Shown here piece after piece: positions 13,194 to 29,000 of a DNA stretch of 64,000 nucleotides. The DNA is taken from assembly GCF_009914755.1 (NCBI RefSeq), contig NC_060931.1. One strand, 5' to 3'. The stretch's first letter is position 1. Each line of letters opens with the position of its first letter. The DNA comes from the human T2T-CHM13v2.0 reference genome, Homo sapiens. A model generated the notes under the pieces. The model did no database searches, was not told the origin of the DNA, and saw only the letters and a program-made list of their open reading frames with translations. A program made the position numbers and the translations under genes.

Positions 13194-13501
13194 GTGAGTT
13201 AGTTAGTTGGTTATTTGAGACAGGGTCTTACTCTGTCGCCCATGCTGGAATGCAGTGGCATGATCACTGCTCACTGGAGCCTGAACCTCCCTGGGCTCAG
13301 GTAACCCTCCCACCTCAGCCTCCTGAGTAGCTGGGACTACAGCTGCCTATGGCTACACCTAGCTGATTTTTTTTTTTCTTTCTTTAGAGGCAGGATTTCT
13401 CCATGTTCCCCAGGCTGGTCTTCAACTCCTGGGCTCAAGTGATTGCCTGCCTTGGCCCTGCTAAGTGCTGGAATTACAGATGTGGGCCACCTTACCCAGC
13501 C
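13150..13501 (-). mobile_element. Alu (AluJ-like) with (TTTA)n tail
   Basis: Reverse-complement Alu: tttgagacagggtcttactctg ... cccagcc. Confidence 0.93.
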
Positions 13502-13551
13502 TGCCTCATAATTTTTAAATTGGTTTTCAACATTAAAAAATCTGACTTCTT

Positions 13552-13849
<298 letters not shown>

Positions 13850-14949
13850 TCTGACTTCTCTGGAAAACATGCAGCTCTGGCAACACTAAGCCCACATTTC
13901 CATTTGGCGACATGTCCCTTTAGACTGGGCATGCATCTGCTAATGTGTCACATGTCCTACCTTGCTTCTTCACTGGGTTAAACATCTGCTTAGACTGGGT
14001 GAGTTAAGATTCCTGGTTTAAAATTTTTTCTAAGTATTTTACTCAAGATGTGCCTATACAAATACAAGGGAAAAATCCAAATGAAACTTAAGGAGCTTTG
14101 TGATTGCATGTTTTTTGGTGTGGTACTTTTATAAATATTTGCCTTTCACAATTGAAAGAAGCTTCACTAGGGTATGGAACACATCTTATTGCTCACTATG
14201 GTGTCTGCAGAAACTGCCATAGTGCCTGGCTTGTTCCAAGGTCTTGATAAATGTTTCTGTGACTGAAGGTAGTAATGGAACTCTCCACAAATACTAACTT
14301 AACATATTCCTATTTAAAATATACTTTTTTCAGAAGACACAAACCATAAAACGTAAGCCTTTCTGTCCATGGCTAACCAGATGTCTAAGAATTATCAACT
14401 GATCTTGTTGTAAGCTGAGAAAATACGTGACACTCAAATGTCCACATGAACATGGTAGTTTCAGAATGTATGAATGGGATTTAAATAAAATCATTATTAA
14501 TTCTAGTTTGTGTCAAACTCTGTACTCTGAAAAGCATACTAGGTCTTTAGAATGAAGGCATGATGACAGAACTCACATATGTGGTGATTTTAAGTAAAAT
14601 AATTTCATTGCATTAATTAATAATATATTATTTATATCTTATTTATGTCAAGGGGAAACTATGTTGTCAAGATCTTTAATACCGTGCCTGACACAGAATG
14701 AGAATGTCATAATTTGTTCAATGTGCCTGAATCTCACAATGCCCAAGAAGAAGTAAAGGATGCTCACATAGTGAGATTCTGTCAAGTGGAAGCTGAAGCA
14801 GACAGTTTTCCAGTAGATATAATGGAGAAGAGGATTTTGGCCAAAACAGAAAATCAAAACCAGTGTTGAGATCCTCTTGGGAAGCCAAAGTTCAGTAGGC
14901 CAGTATGCGTGGTTGGAGTGTCCAACATAAGGTGCTAGAAGCCACAATT

Positions 14950-15660
14950 GACTTGGGGGACCAGAAACCTAGGAACTAGGGTGATGCAAATATAACTGAG
15001 AGTAAATGAGGAAGGTTTTAAAGTGTTGCCAAGAACAGTCGTTCATTCCTGACCTGCTTTTAGGGAGTAAATGGGTCATGGTGCAGAGATGGGTTAGCTA
15101 GGTTTAAATGTCCAGCAGTGGAATGATCTTTTGGAATCAACAGTGAGTTCCCCTATGAAGCAGAATCCTTGAGTGCTTCTCTGATCAACTGGGATAGTAA
15201 ATAAAATAGTATGAATTGCCTCTTGGTAGTGAAGCTTTTCTGATAGAAATAAATAATGAGCTTCCTTCCCATGGCTCTGATGTCTCTGGTCTTCTTTCAT
15301 TGTCAGGCTCCACACAGTGACCCCACTCAGCTTTAGGCTCTCTTCTTACAGTAATCCCAAGACCTACAACCTCACATCAAAAACTCACAGAAGACTGAAT
15401 TTGTATCCTAGTATTCCCAGGTCATGTCATTCAGAACCAACTTAGTAAGTGCCTACTTTTGAACCAGTGTCAGATGAATGGAATGTGCCAGTTGGTTAAG
15501 GCCTCATTCCATGCCCATTTCTGAACTAATTACAGTAGCCTGGAGGATGAGGTAAGTGGATGGGTTTAAGAGAATCAGTGCTGACGTACAGAGCTTGGGG
15601 TGGACTCAAGGCCATTTAAACCACATGGCTGGGAAGTTTCCGTACTCAGGAAAAAAGAAA
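14950..15660. mobile_element. Possible old MaLR (MLT1-type) LTR fragment
   Basis: Phrases resembling MLT1 LTRs (gttggttaaggcc...atgcccatttctgaactaattacagtagcctggaggatg). Highly diverged. Confidence 0.35.
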
Positions 15661-16048
15661 TCCAGATTCTGGTGAGGAAAGCAGTATGTGTTCAGTATAT
15701 AATGAACTTAGCATAGTCATTGTAATTATGGTAGTTGAGACATACACAAAAAGTACATAGAATATCAGGGTGACGTGCAATTCAATTGTTCTGGATAAGT
15801 TATTACTTATGTAATTTCCCATGCTCCCTAAGCCAAAGTAGTTATAATATTTTTACTTAAGTATGTTTAAGAAACTTTCTTCTTAAAATAACAACGACTC
15901 CTCATCTCCCCTTCTACCTTACATTTCCTTCTTCTTTTTTTCCCTTCTCTTTTTGAGCAGTTTAGTCTTACAGCCATTGCTTGTGGCAAAAAAATGGTAG
16001 GTGTCTGTTCCAGCAGTGTGATGGAGCTACAGTGACCCAGAACAATGT

Positions 16049-16623
16049 GTCAGAGCCCAAGCAGAGTAAGGAAGGTGTATACAAATGAGAGATGTCTTAC
16101 ACATAATGTCAGAGTCTGACCAGAGAGAGGAGGACATCCACATAGAAGAGCAGCCTGGCATGGAAAATTAGAGCCGGAGTAGGCTGAAGGGGGCGTCCTT
16201 ATGGGGTAGGCAGCCTGGTGTGGGGAGTCAAAACCACAGATGAAAGGTAAGGACATATCTCCAGAAGGGATACAGAGTGTCAGAGCCTCAGCAGCATGAA
16301 GAAGGCATCTATGTGGAAGAACAGCCTGGCATGGGTTGTTGGAACCCAGGTTGAGAGAAGAGGGCATCCACATAAGAGAATAATGGAGGGGAAGGTGAGA
16401 AATGAGTTGTACACAGGGAATTGATCACATAAGTACACATATTAAGGATAATGGGAGTCAAATTTCTCATTGTTCAAGGTACAAATCTGGAAAGGCAGAA
16501 AACTTGAATGAACCTTAGTGTGTTGAATCGGAAGGCATATTGGTGTGAACTCATGATTTTCTATAGATATAGAAATTATTGTGGATGTAAATATATGTGT
16601 CAGTGTGCATGTGTGTGTGTGTG

Positions 16624-16668
<45 letters not shown>

Positions 16669-17770
16669 TCCCTTTGCTCTGTCCGCTGAAAGGTCCCGGA
16701 AACTGCAGTACTCCAAAAGCAATTAGCACACCTAGGACCCAGATCTTCCTTTCTAAATACCATTTTCCTCTAAAAGGAAACTGGGCTTGATTGCATAACT
16801 GGGACAGGGAAAGTATAAAATAAGCCTGGAGCATCTTGTGCCAGAAATTAAGGAAACACTTAAGGAATGATGGGAATATGCTAAAAGAACATAGAAACCA
16901 ACTTGAAGAGGCTCCCACTGATTAAATTGGAGACATTTGGAGCTTGAAAGTAAATAACAAATAATTACAAGGTAAATTCATTATAAAGTAAATAATTATA
17001 AACCGTTGAATAAAGGGAGAAATATGAATCTATACACACACACACACACACACACACACAAGCAAACACCCCTACACACAGATATAGAAATTGAAAAGTT
17101 CAGTGAGGAATCGGATACTTATATAGTTTCAAAATAACTCCCAACAAAATGTTTACTAATTACAAAAGAGAAAAAAAGTAACTGCAGTGGAGAAGCCTGG
17201 CAGATATCACTTTAATCAAGTGATCAAAGTGAACATTATAAGAGATACCCTGAAATCATGTCCCACTTGATAGAATATAATGAGAAAAACGAGCATCACC
17301 TTTGTATTATGCCTGGCAAAGATGCATAACCTGAAACTAATCATGAGGAAACACAGACAACCAAAATTAAGGGACATCTACAAAATAACTGGCCTGTGAT
17401 CTTCTAATGTGTCAAGGTCATGAAAATCAAAGAAAGACTGAAGGAACTGTTCGAGACTGGAGCTGACTAAAGAGACATGAAAACTAAATACAATGTGTGA
17501 TTCTGAACTGGATCCCTTCGCTAGAGAGGACATTATTAGGACAAGTGACTAAACTTGAAAGGAGGCTGAGCATTAGATCGTGTGAATAATGTATCATTTT
17601 CAGTTTCCAGATTTTGATAGTACCATGGTGATGCAGGAAAAAAATTCTTGTTTCTAAGAAATGTACACTGAAATATTGGGAGGCAAGTGGGAGTTAGGTT
17701 GGTCTTTAACAGTTAAGGAAAAAAATTATCTGTACTATACTTACAACTTTTCTGTAAGTTTGTGACTATG
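16049..17770 (+). mobile_element. Old L1 (L1MC/L1MD-type) 3' region containing (TG)n(GA)n and (CA)n microsatellites
   Basis: Typical L1MC/MD 3'UTR phrases (gtggagaagcctggcagatatcactttaatcaagtgatcaaagtgaacat; actatacttacaacttttctgtaagtttg). Microsatellites at ~16610-16668 and ~17034-17060. Confidence 0.75.
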
Positions 17771-18351
17771 ACAGTATTTTCCCAACTTCTCTGTAAGAAC
17801 TGACAATGATGGCAGGAAAAAGAGCCATTAATTCAATACATTTGTTGAGTGTTTATAATTTATTAGAAATAGCCAGATATCCACAAATAAAATATACTAA
17901 TGCTTGAGTGGGTCAACCCAAAAGGAAGAGGAGTTAATTTCTGATGACTATGCTTTAAAAGATGCCATGGAGGCACATTGAGAAAAATTATATTAAGTGT
18001 TATGGCATTGCAGCAGAGGAAAAAGACAGGAGCATAAGCTCAGAGGTTTGGGAAGTATTGAAGTGTATAGGTTGGCTCAAGCATGGGGTTTACTAGGAAG
18101 AATAGGAAAGTAAATTTTGAAAGGAAATACATGGAGCCTAGAATGCCAGATTCTGAGATCTGAATTTCACTTTTTAGATAAAGAGAAAGCAAGGAATTTT
18201 TATGTGTAAGAGAGCCTCATACCCAGAATACTTTTATATACATTTAAGAAGTCAATGAGATTTTATTAAAAGATATTATTACTAGTTTAACTTGATATGA
18301 CCAAAACATGAGATGTAGATTTGAGAGAGCAGGATTAAAAATTTCTGTGAA

Positions 18352-19610
18352 AATCATATAGTATTTGTCTTTCTGTGTCTGGCTTATTTCAATTAACATA
18401 ATGTCCTCCAGGTTCACTCATGTTGTTGCAAATGACAGGATTTCTCATTCATTTTTATGACTGAATGGTAATCTAGTGTGTGGGGGCAGGGGGGGTCACG
18501 TTTTCTTTCTTTTTTTAAAAAAATTTTTTCTAACTACATAGTAGGCATTTATGTGGTATATGAGATATTTTGATACAGGCATACAGTAGGTAATCACATT
18601 AGGATAAATGGTATATCCATCAACTCAAACATTTATCCTTTGTGTTATAAACAATCCAATTATATTCTTTTAGTTATTTTAAAGTGTACAATTAAATTAT
18701 TATTGGCTTTAGTCACCCTATTGTGCTATCAAATAGTAGACCTTATTTATTATTTCTATTTTTTTTTGTACCCATTAACTATCTCATCTTCCCCCACAAC
18801 CCCTCCACTACCCTTTGCAGCCTCTGGTAACCATCCCTCTACTCTCTATCTCCATGAATTCAATTGTTTTAATTTTTTACTCCCACAAATAAGTGAGAAC
18901 ATGCAACGTTTGTCTTTCTGTGCCTGGTTTATTTCACTTAACACAATGACTTCCAGTTCCATCCATGTTGTTGCAAATGATGGGATCTTATTCTTTTTAT
19001 GGTTGAATACTAACTACCTTTATCCATTCATCCATTGATGGGCACTTTGGTTGATTCTATGTCTTGGCTATTGTGAACAGTGCTGCAATAAACATAGGAG
19101 TGCACATCTCTCTTCAACATACTGATTTCATTTTCTTTGGGCTATATATCCAAGTAATGGGATTCAGTAGTCCTATTTTTAATTTTTTTTTAGTAACTTC
19201 CATAATGTTTTCCATAATGGCTATACTAATTACATTCATATGTGGAATCTTAAAAAAGTTGATCTCATGGAAGTATAGAGTAGAATGATGGTTACTAGGG
19301 GGTTGAGAGGGTGGTGGTGGTGGTGGTGGGGTTGGAGAGATGTTGATCAAAGAATACAAAATTTCAGTTAGACAGCAGGCATAAGTTTGAGAGCTCTACT
19401 GCACAACATAGGGACTATACATTATATTTCAAGAATATAATGTATTCTTGAAAAATGCTCAGAGAGTGAATGTGAAGTGATTTTACCACAAAATGATAAC
19501 GATGTTAGGTAATGCATATGTTAATTAACTAGCTTTAGTCATTCCACAAGGTATATACACTTCAAAACATCATGTCATACATGGTAAATATATGAAATTA
19601 CATCTATGTA
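18352..19610. mobile_element. L1MA-type 3' ends: a 5'-inverted element with a second L1MA 3' end nested in it
   Basis: - strand L1 3'UTR at 18352-~18500 and ~19015-19235; + strand L1 3' end at ~19235-19610. A separate - strand L1MA 3' end with T-tract lies at ~18500-19010. Confidence 0.75.
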
Positions 19611-19889
19611 AAACAATTTTCTTAAAAACATATCATTATATAATTAGCCTGAAAATAACTATTACCTCCTTCATAATTACTAAATTAAAAATATATACTA
19701 ACATATCTTATAGTTCTTCCATATATTGGAAAGAAGATAAAATAAATGAATAGAAGCAATGAAAAGCACAAAATAATTCGGAATAGTGAAGAGATTTCGG
19801 GTGGAGATTTATGTAAAATACTTTAAAATTTAAAAATTTAAAAGTTTATCTGAGATTTTTATATATGAAAAAATAACAGTAAATGGGAA

Positions 19890-20700
19890 AACATCCATTT
19901 ATTTATATATTCAGTCAACAATTATTAACCATATATCCCATACCGATCACTATACTAGGAATGCAGAATAGAGCATTGAACAAGACAGATATGTTTCCTG
20001 TTTTCGTGGAACCTGAGAGAAAGCAACAGACAATAAACATAGAAAAATCAACATTAATATTTCCATATGATGTAGAGAAAACGGGATAATATAAGGGGGT
20101 GATGGAGGAGCTCCTTCATACTGGGTTTTACAGGAAGGCTTCACTGAGGAAGTGAAATTTAAGCTGAATTTGAATTGTAAGAAAGACTACATTACAATGA
20201 AGGAGCGTTGCAAAGAGATTGAAGAGATGTTAAAATACCCTAAGATGGCAGTGAGAAACAATAAGAAAATTAATATGGCCAAAGCAGGACACAAGATAAA
20301 GAAAGGGAAGAATGATAATGAGATGAGGCTGAAGAGTCATCTTTGGACCAGATCCCATGGGTTCTTGGTACAGTGGACTGCCATGGAGGGTTTTCAGCAG
20401 GAGACTGACTCAATTTTATTTACATTTTTAAAGAGCAAGAGCATAGCAGGGCTAACAATTAGGAGGTAATTTATTAGGTCAGACCAGAGATGGTGCTTTA
20501 AACAAACAAGGGTGGCAGGAGTGGAGATCCAAGTGATCCATTGGAAGATTTGGAGTTTGAATTGAAATGATATTCCAGCAGTTTATATGAAAGAACTGAG
20601 AAGAGAGAAATCGAAGATTAAGTTTTTTTTTTCTTTTTTTCTCTCTTGAGAAATTCGATGGAGAGTGGCTGCATTAACCAAGAGAGAAGACAAAAGAGAA
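19890..20700 (-). mobile_element. L2 LINE fragment
   Basis: cattt...attcagtcaacaattatt...aacaagacagatatgtttcctg...caggaaggcttcactgaggaagtgaaatttaagctg...ggagggttttcagcagg, typical of reverse L2. Confidence 0.7.
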
Positions 20701-20799
20701 GACAAAGAGAAGGAGTTATAATGGATATAGACCTTTAATTTTAAAGTTAACATATAATAAAAGAAAGTAGTCTAAACTAAGAGCAGAGGGTTAGATTTT

Positions 20800-22200
<1,401 letters not shown>

Positions 22201-22483
22201 TAAAAATGATTATTGAATGTTAATTATGTGCTTGACACTGTTTTAAGACCTTGGGACACATTCATGAACCAAAAGAAGACAAGAAGACAGACGTTCCTGA
22301 CTCTTGGGGTTTATACTTCAGTGGAGGTGGAGGCAGAGGAAAACAATTTTTAAAAATTCAATTAAATAAATAAATAATACTGTGTGTTAAAGCTAGTAAG
22401 GGGTATTGGGACAAAAAACAGACCAGTATAAAGGGAGACAGAGAATACATCCAAACCTTAATTTCGAAGTGTCAAAATCATCA

Positions 22484-22797
22484 TTTTCTTTTTTTTTTTT
22501 TTTTTCCTTTTTTGAGACAGAGTCTCACTCTGTCACCCAGGCTGGAGTGCAGTGGCGCGATCTTGGCTCACTGCAACCTCCGCCCCCCCGAGTTCAAGCG
22601 ATTCTCCTGCCTCAGCCTTCTGAGTAGCTGGGATTACAGGCGCCTGGTACCGCACCTGGCTAATCTCTGTATTTTTAGTAGAGACGGGGGGGTTTCACCA
22701 TCTTGGCCAGGCTTGTCTTGAACTCCTGACCTCGTGATCCACCCGCCTTGGCCTCCCAAAGTGCTAGGATTACAGGTGTGAGCCACTGCGCCTGGCC
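22484..22797 (-). mobile_element. Alu (AluS-like)
   Basis: Reverse Alu; TSD tcatcattttcttt on both sides. Confidence 0.95.
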
Positions 22798-23104
22798 AGA
22801 GTCATCATTTTCTTTGTAAAATTTATGTTTTTTGTTGTTGTTGTTGTTGTTGTTTTTGGTGGGGGATGTTATGCAAGAAAATAAAATTTAAATAGATTTG
22901 TAAAACTCCATTTCTTATAATTGTTCATTTATAGTAAAAGCTAATTTCTTCAGAATTTTTAAGGACTGAGAAGTCCCTCATAAATTAATTTCCCATGTAA
23001 TTTAATCTTTTGACTTTAAATATTGAAACACAGTTTTTCCTAAAAATAAAATATAGATTCAAATTTTCCTAATTGTAAAAGCAATACACACCTATCAGAA
23101 TAGA

Positions 23105-23872
23105 TGTTAAAGAAAAACATATTCAATGATACTTGGTAAGGAAGACTTCATTCAGGATCACTGTGATGGGTATAGGCAGCGGTCCCCAATCTTTTTGGCA
23201 CCAGATAATAGTTTCATGGAAGACAGTGTTTCCACAGACAGGAGTCGGGTGGGGTCGGGGGGAATGGCTTCTGGATGAAACTGTTCCGCTTCAGATCATC
23301 AGGCATTAAATTCTCAGAAGGAGCACACAACCTAGATTCCTAGCATGCACAGTTCACAATAGGGTTCACGTTCCTATGAGGACTTAATGCTACCACTGAT
23401 TACTCACCTCCTGCTATGTGGCCCAGTTCCTAACAGGCCATGGACTGGTACTGGTCCGTGGCCCAGGGGTTGGGGACCCCTGGGTACAGGGACCACTGCA
23501 ATGGGGTCTTGCAGTAGGGGAGCAAGATTGGGCTCAAGTCTGATTACAGCATGGGCAAATGGGAATTTATAATCAAGGCTCAGGGTGGGGGTCAGTGGGT
23601 GAAAAATTATTAAGAGGAAATAGCAGGAGTAAGGGAGATTCTGGGTAAACTTACCTAACAGGATTCTTGCTGTACATAGGCCAGGGTGATCAGACATCAC
23701 CTAGGGAATGTAGAGGGTGAGGAACGTGATTAGATATCAGATGGGGGATGCTAGCTAAACTGACTTAGTAGGGTTCTTTTGATAAAACGGTTTTACAAGG
23801 GCTTGCACAGATGGGCCTAGAAGAAGCTTCATAGCCTGACTAATGTTTGGCCTAGCAAAATAAATGTTGTCA
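23105..23872. mobile_element. Solitary LTR-like element (MER76-like) interrupted by MER1B
   Basis: Begins TGTTAAAGAAAAA and ends ...TGTCA; the sequence is continuous across the MER1B insertion. Family name is from recall. Confidence 0.5.
23177..23482 (+). mobile_element. MER1B hAT-Charlie non-autonomous DNA transposon
   Basis: TIRs CAGCGGTCCCCAA / TTGGGGACCCCTG and an 8-bp TSD ggtatagg/ggtacagg. Confidence 0.9.
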
Positions 23873-24478
23873 TAGAATCCAATAATATGGATAAATATTA
23901 AGAGAAAAATACAAACTATGAATTATATAATTACCCAAGAACACCATTAATATTTAGATGCATATCCTTCCAGAAAGTTTGCACTGAAACTTTTGCTTTT
24001 TTAAAGAAACAGTTTCTTCTATTGACTTGAAGAGATGGAGGCATAAAAGTTATCTCCTACTTGTCTTTTTCCCCTTCCTTCACTCCCCTCATCACTACCA
24101 CTTAATAACTTATTTTCTGCCAGGTACTTTTCATATATTGCTTTATTTAAGTGCCCCAATAATGCTGCTGGGTCGGCATTATCAATCACGTGTCAACAGT
24201 TGAGAAAATATTCCCAGGAAGAATATTGTCTTTCAGTTTGGCGATTTATTTTTAGGTTGGACCTGAAGGTCAAAGCCAGGTCTGTTAGATTCCATTGCCA
24301 TTCTCTCTATACTGTGCTGATCTCTCACCCATGGCTAAAGACACAACATTGTGAACTTCTGTTTAACATTTAGAATGAAAGCAAAGTGAATCAAATGCTA
24401 TGTATAGTATTTTTAAAGAATATTATATACAGCTTAGTTTGTTACCCTAAAGTAAAAGCATACTAAAAAGGATATAGA

Positions 24479-24780
<302 letters not shown>

Positions 24781-25260
24781 TTAAAAATAAAAAGATATAG
24801 ATAAAATTAAGAGAGAAAAACAAATGAAATAGAGATGAAGGCCCTCTCTATCATCATTTCTTGAGGAAAGACCTAATTGACCTTTTTAGGTTAGAGAAGA
24901 GGACATTAATACATGTATTCCAATGACCATAAATTAAGAGGAAGATATAAATTAAAATGAAAGTAGAAGGATTTAAATATCAAGAATGATATTTTCACTG
25001 TCAAGATGCTTTCAAGAGAGGCTCTAGGGTCTCCACCTCTAGAGGTATTTGTGTAAAGAACATATATCCACCTATCTCAAACAGTTTACACAATTGCCTA
25101 CTGAAGTTTGCAGTAGACTTCATCAGTTAACTAATCTGGTAAACAAATATTTGTTGAGGACCTACTGGGTGCTAGACGATGTTGTCTGTGCTGGTGTAAA
25201 CAAGCTGACTCAGACCACATGGTTTGTTAAATGGCACCCCTGCAAAAACCATGCAAGCAA

Positions 25261-25586
25261 TTTTTTTTTTTTTTTTTGAGACAGGGTCTTGCTCTGTCAC
25301 CCAAGCTGGAGGCTGGAGTGCAGTGACACCATCATAGCTCACTGCCACCTCGAATACCTGGGCTCAAGCAATCCTCCCGCCTCAGCCCCCTGAGTAGCTG
25401 GAACCACAGGCTCACACCACCACACCCGGATATTGATTTTTGTTTGTTTGTTTGTTTGGTAATGATGAGTATCTTGTTATGTTTCCAAGGCTGGTCTCAA
25501 ACTCCTGGCCTCAAGTCCTTAAGTGATCTTCCCACCTAGGCCTCCCAAAATGCTGCATTGCAGGCAGGAGCTACCATGCCCGACCA
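25261..25586 (-). mobile_element. Alu (AluJ-like)
   Basis: Reverse Alu; imperfect TSD catgcaag..atttt. Confidence 0.93.
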
Positions 25587-25665
25587 CATGCAAGTGATTT
25601 TGTTTGCTTCTCTACTGCCTCTACACCTTACCAGCTACATCTATGTTCATAGACTGTCTAGATTC

Positions 25666-26000
25666 CACAATCCCTTATCTCAAGTCCTTGGGGGATGCAT
25701 TTCAAAATTCAGAATTCCTTAGATTATAGCTAAGTAATAAGTTATATAGTCTGTATATTATGTAACAGCCCCTTCATAGTCTGTATATTATGTAACAGCA
25801 CCTTGCAATTGAACACAGTAATACAACTTCATTGAAATACATGCATAAAAACACTAATGGCCTCAAGTAAGTTTAGTTGTGTTTTATTGCCAGATGAGTT
25901 CAAGTTAGGTCAAGTTTTATCATCAACTGCATCACAGCAAACAAAAACCATCTTGATTCTCAGAATTTTTTGTATGTCAGAATTGATATGAGATTGTATA
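25666..26000. mobile_element. Possible Tigger-family DNA transposon fossil
   Basis: Ends cacaatcccttatct / gatatgagattgta resemble degenerate TIRs. Internal ttcaaaattcagaatt...ttagatt phrase. Confidence 0.45.
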
Positions 26001-29000
26001 GTACATTTGCAAGGAATTCCTGAGACTTACTCAGATTTAAAAATTATGTTCCCAGAACACTAATGTACACGAGGTTTAATAGTTAACTAATGAAAAGAGT
26101 GAATCACTGTTCTTTATACTTCTCATTGCCTTTATAAGTTAACAGTCTTTTTGCATCTACAGGAGACTCAAGTATTATTTACCATAGAACCCATTTATTG
26201 CAGACTATCTCAGGAGACTTGTGTTCTGTGGAATAGTCTATAAGAAATACTATGCTAGTGATACAAGGATACTATAGCTTACCCTTATCCTTGTCTCTAG
26301 CATTTTGAAATTCATAATTGATTACATGGCCTAAAGGTAGCACAGATATAAATCCCTAGAAAATGCTGGTAAATATTCCAAAGTGATGGAGAAATTGTTT
26401 TAAGAAATTATGAAAGAACCTTATTGGGGAACCCTCTCTAAAGCCCCTTATTTTAATAGATATACAAGAAAAGATTAACTAAAAGCATACATGGTATCAT
26501 TTGAAGTTTGCAGGGCAATTCCCCGGGGACCAAAATACCTCATACCTCTTACTTGCCAGTATAGTTTATTATTCAGCAACTTATGTCTTGGGTTAAGAAG
26601 GACTGACCCTCTTTTCTTCTGCCCTCCTAAAGAAGGTGGACATTCATTTGCCTTGGAGGGCAGTGTAAATTCACTAATACTATAGTTAGCTTTATATATG
26701 GTTAGCTTTATGAATGGCTTACCATTCATTAAATGGGTAAACAGCACAGGTAGAGGTGCAATTGGGATGAGTGGGTTGGGGGAGAGGAATAATGAGTGGA
26801 GAGAAGGGGTGTCAATATCAAATAATTATGACTTTACAATTTTGTCAAGGTTTAGTCTAGTTGACTTAGAGAAATGTCGGTTTGGCAAATGTAAATAAGA
26901 ATTTGGACATATGATTGAAACAAGGAAAATTATATGCTTTAATTAGTGAAAATTCTACGTAAAAACTTATAAACGTTTGTAACGGAAAATATCCTTTTAA
27001 AAAGTACGTAAAATAAGTATTATGTAATAAGTTCTAATTGGTTACATAACACTTTATTGAGCATGATCAGATACTGGTTTTTAGGAGAAAATTTTCCCTT
27101 ATATATGAAGATCTAAAGTCTACATAAACCTATTCTCCTTCAGCTTTGTATATGTTTAATCTGTGGAGTAGATGTTTTCTCAGAAATGAAGCATATAAAT
27201 TGCCTCAGTGAAGAAAAGGAATGTACACATTTAAAAATCAAAATCGCCTTTTTAAAATTAAGGTTTTTTCTTTTGTATAATAGGTAAACTACTGTGAAGT
27301 GTAGTTGCCTGTTTAACTTTATATCTGCTTTGATTTTTGTCAGTTTAGTTAATTCAAATAAAATTTGTGAAGTTAACCACTTTCAAGAAAAGGCATAGGA
27401 GAACCTAATTTAACCTAGAGTGTCTCTTTTATTCTTCTGTTATTCATTTGAAGTGCCCTATCAGCTTGAACTGACCAACTTCAGTCATTTTTACCCTTTT
27501 ATTTTTTTTCTCTAATGTAAACTGAAATTCCCTGCTGTTCGTGGTATTTTAGTGTTTAGCATCATTTAATGAGCAGGTATCATAAAACTTAAAAGGTCCT
27601 TTTCTGTGTATCTCTGATTAGTTAGCGAAAGAACCAAATAATTTCTCTTAATATATTTTGATGTTGGCCCATTTTACATTTAAGTGCTTTTTGATGAAGT
27701 AGAAAACAATTTTTGTTAAAGTAGGATGGATTCGATCAAGTGAATATGTGGCCCCCTATTAAGTGGTAGAATATAAATTGTTTACTGGTGTTACTATATG
27801 ATAGTTTCCCTTATACATTTATGTGTGTAGGTTTCTAAATAATTTACTTTTTCTGAAAAACAGATATGTAATTTGAACAGATAATTTGGTATCAACGTCC
27901 ATATACTCCTTATTATAAAAGCAGTAATTCATTCAGAAGTGAAAATTCACTTAAACGATTTCACACTGCCCTTAATTGCAGTTTCTTTTAAATTAAAATA
28001 AGGAATAAACTATGAGTAAAACAAATAGTAATATCTATTAATTACACACTTCCCATTTGACGTTCATGTATATTGGACCTGACAATTGCTAATATTTTAT
28101 TATTAGTGCTAATTTTGCTTTTAGGAAGAAAAGAATATCTCTGTGAGATAAATAGCCTGCAGCCAAAATAATGAGGCTAGTAGGCAAGTAAAAGGTCAGA
28201 TAATGTGTAATAAGTTACAGAGGGAATTGTGTAACGTTAACATTGGTAACAGGTAAAAGATGTAATAGTGCTGCCTACTGGTAAGAAATAGTAGTGTTTA
28301 AAGGGTAAATGAAAATGGGTGTAGTGTTAAGTGATATACATGGTTATTTAAGGTTGCTACTGTTATCTATGATGCAAACTATTTTTTCGTTAGTATTTAA
28401 TAGAAAATTCACTATGAAGTCTTTGAGATTTAAATTTCTGGTATGATATTTCTGGATTTTGAAATTTTTATTTTTGGAAAATTTATATAAATAGCATATT
28501 GGCTCTCTTGCTCCCTCTTTTTAATCATGTGATACCTGTATAGTCTGTCATATGTATGGCCCTTCTTTGATAATGCTGACTTTTTTTATGGTCAGCATTT
28601 CCATAGAATTTGTAGTTGAAAAATAAGACATTGCCAGTTATGAGAAATAACTGTCAATTTTAGTAATACACAGGTGGATATTTAGCTAGTCCACTTACAC
28701 CATTTATTCATAGAAAGAAGTATGATTTGTATATGCAACAAATTTTAAGATTTTAAGTCTAATTGGAAAAATGAAATTGGATTGCTTCTAAAGCACTAGT
28801 GTCAAAGTTTTAGCAAATTAAAAATCAAGTGTTCACATATGTAGGGATTACTTTCCCCATGTTCCACTAAAAATAAGTTTAGTTTTCTGTGCTAGAAAAA
28901 AACATATTTTGCTCCAGCTGTTTTGAATGTATATCAGTTAATTTTCCAGTATACTAATTTTGTTTATAGTCTTGAGAATAAGTTACAGTTATTTTAACAT

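Noticed and set aside
19296-19336. (GGT)n G-rich run as a G-quadruplex element
   Set aside because: It is the usual G-rich tract of an L1 3'UTR, expanded as a microsatellite.
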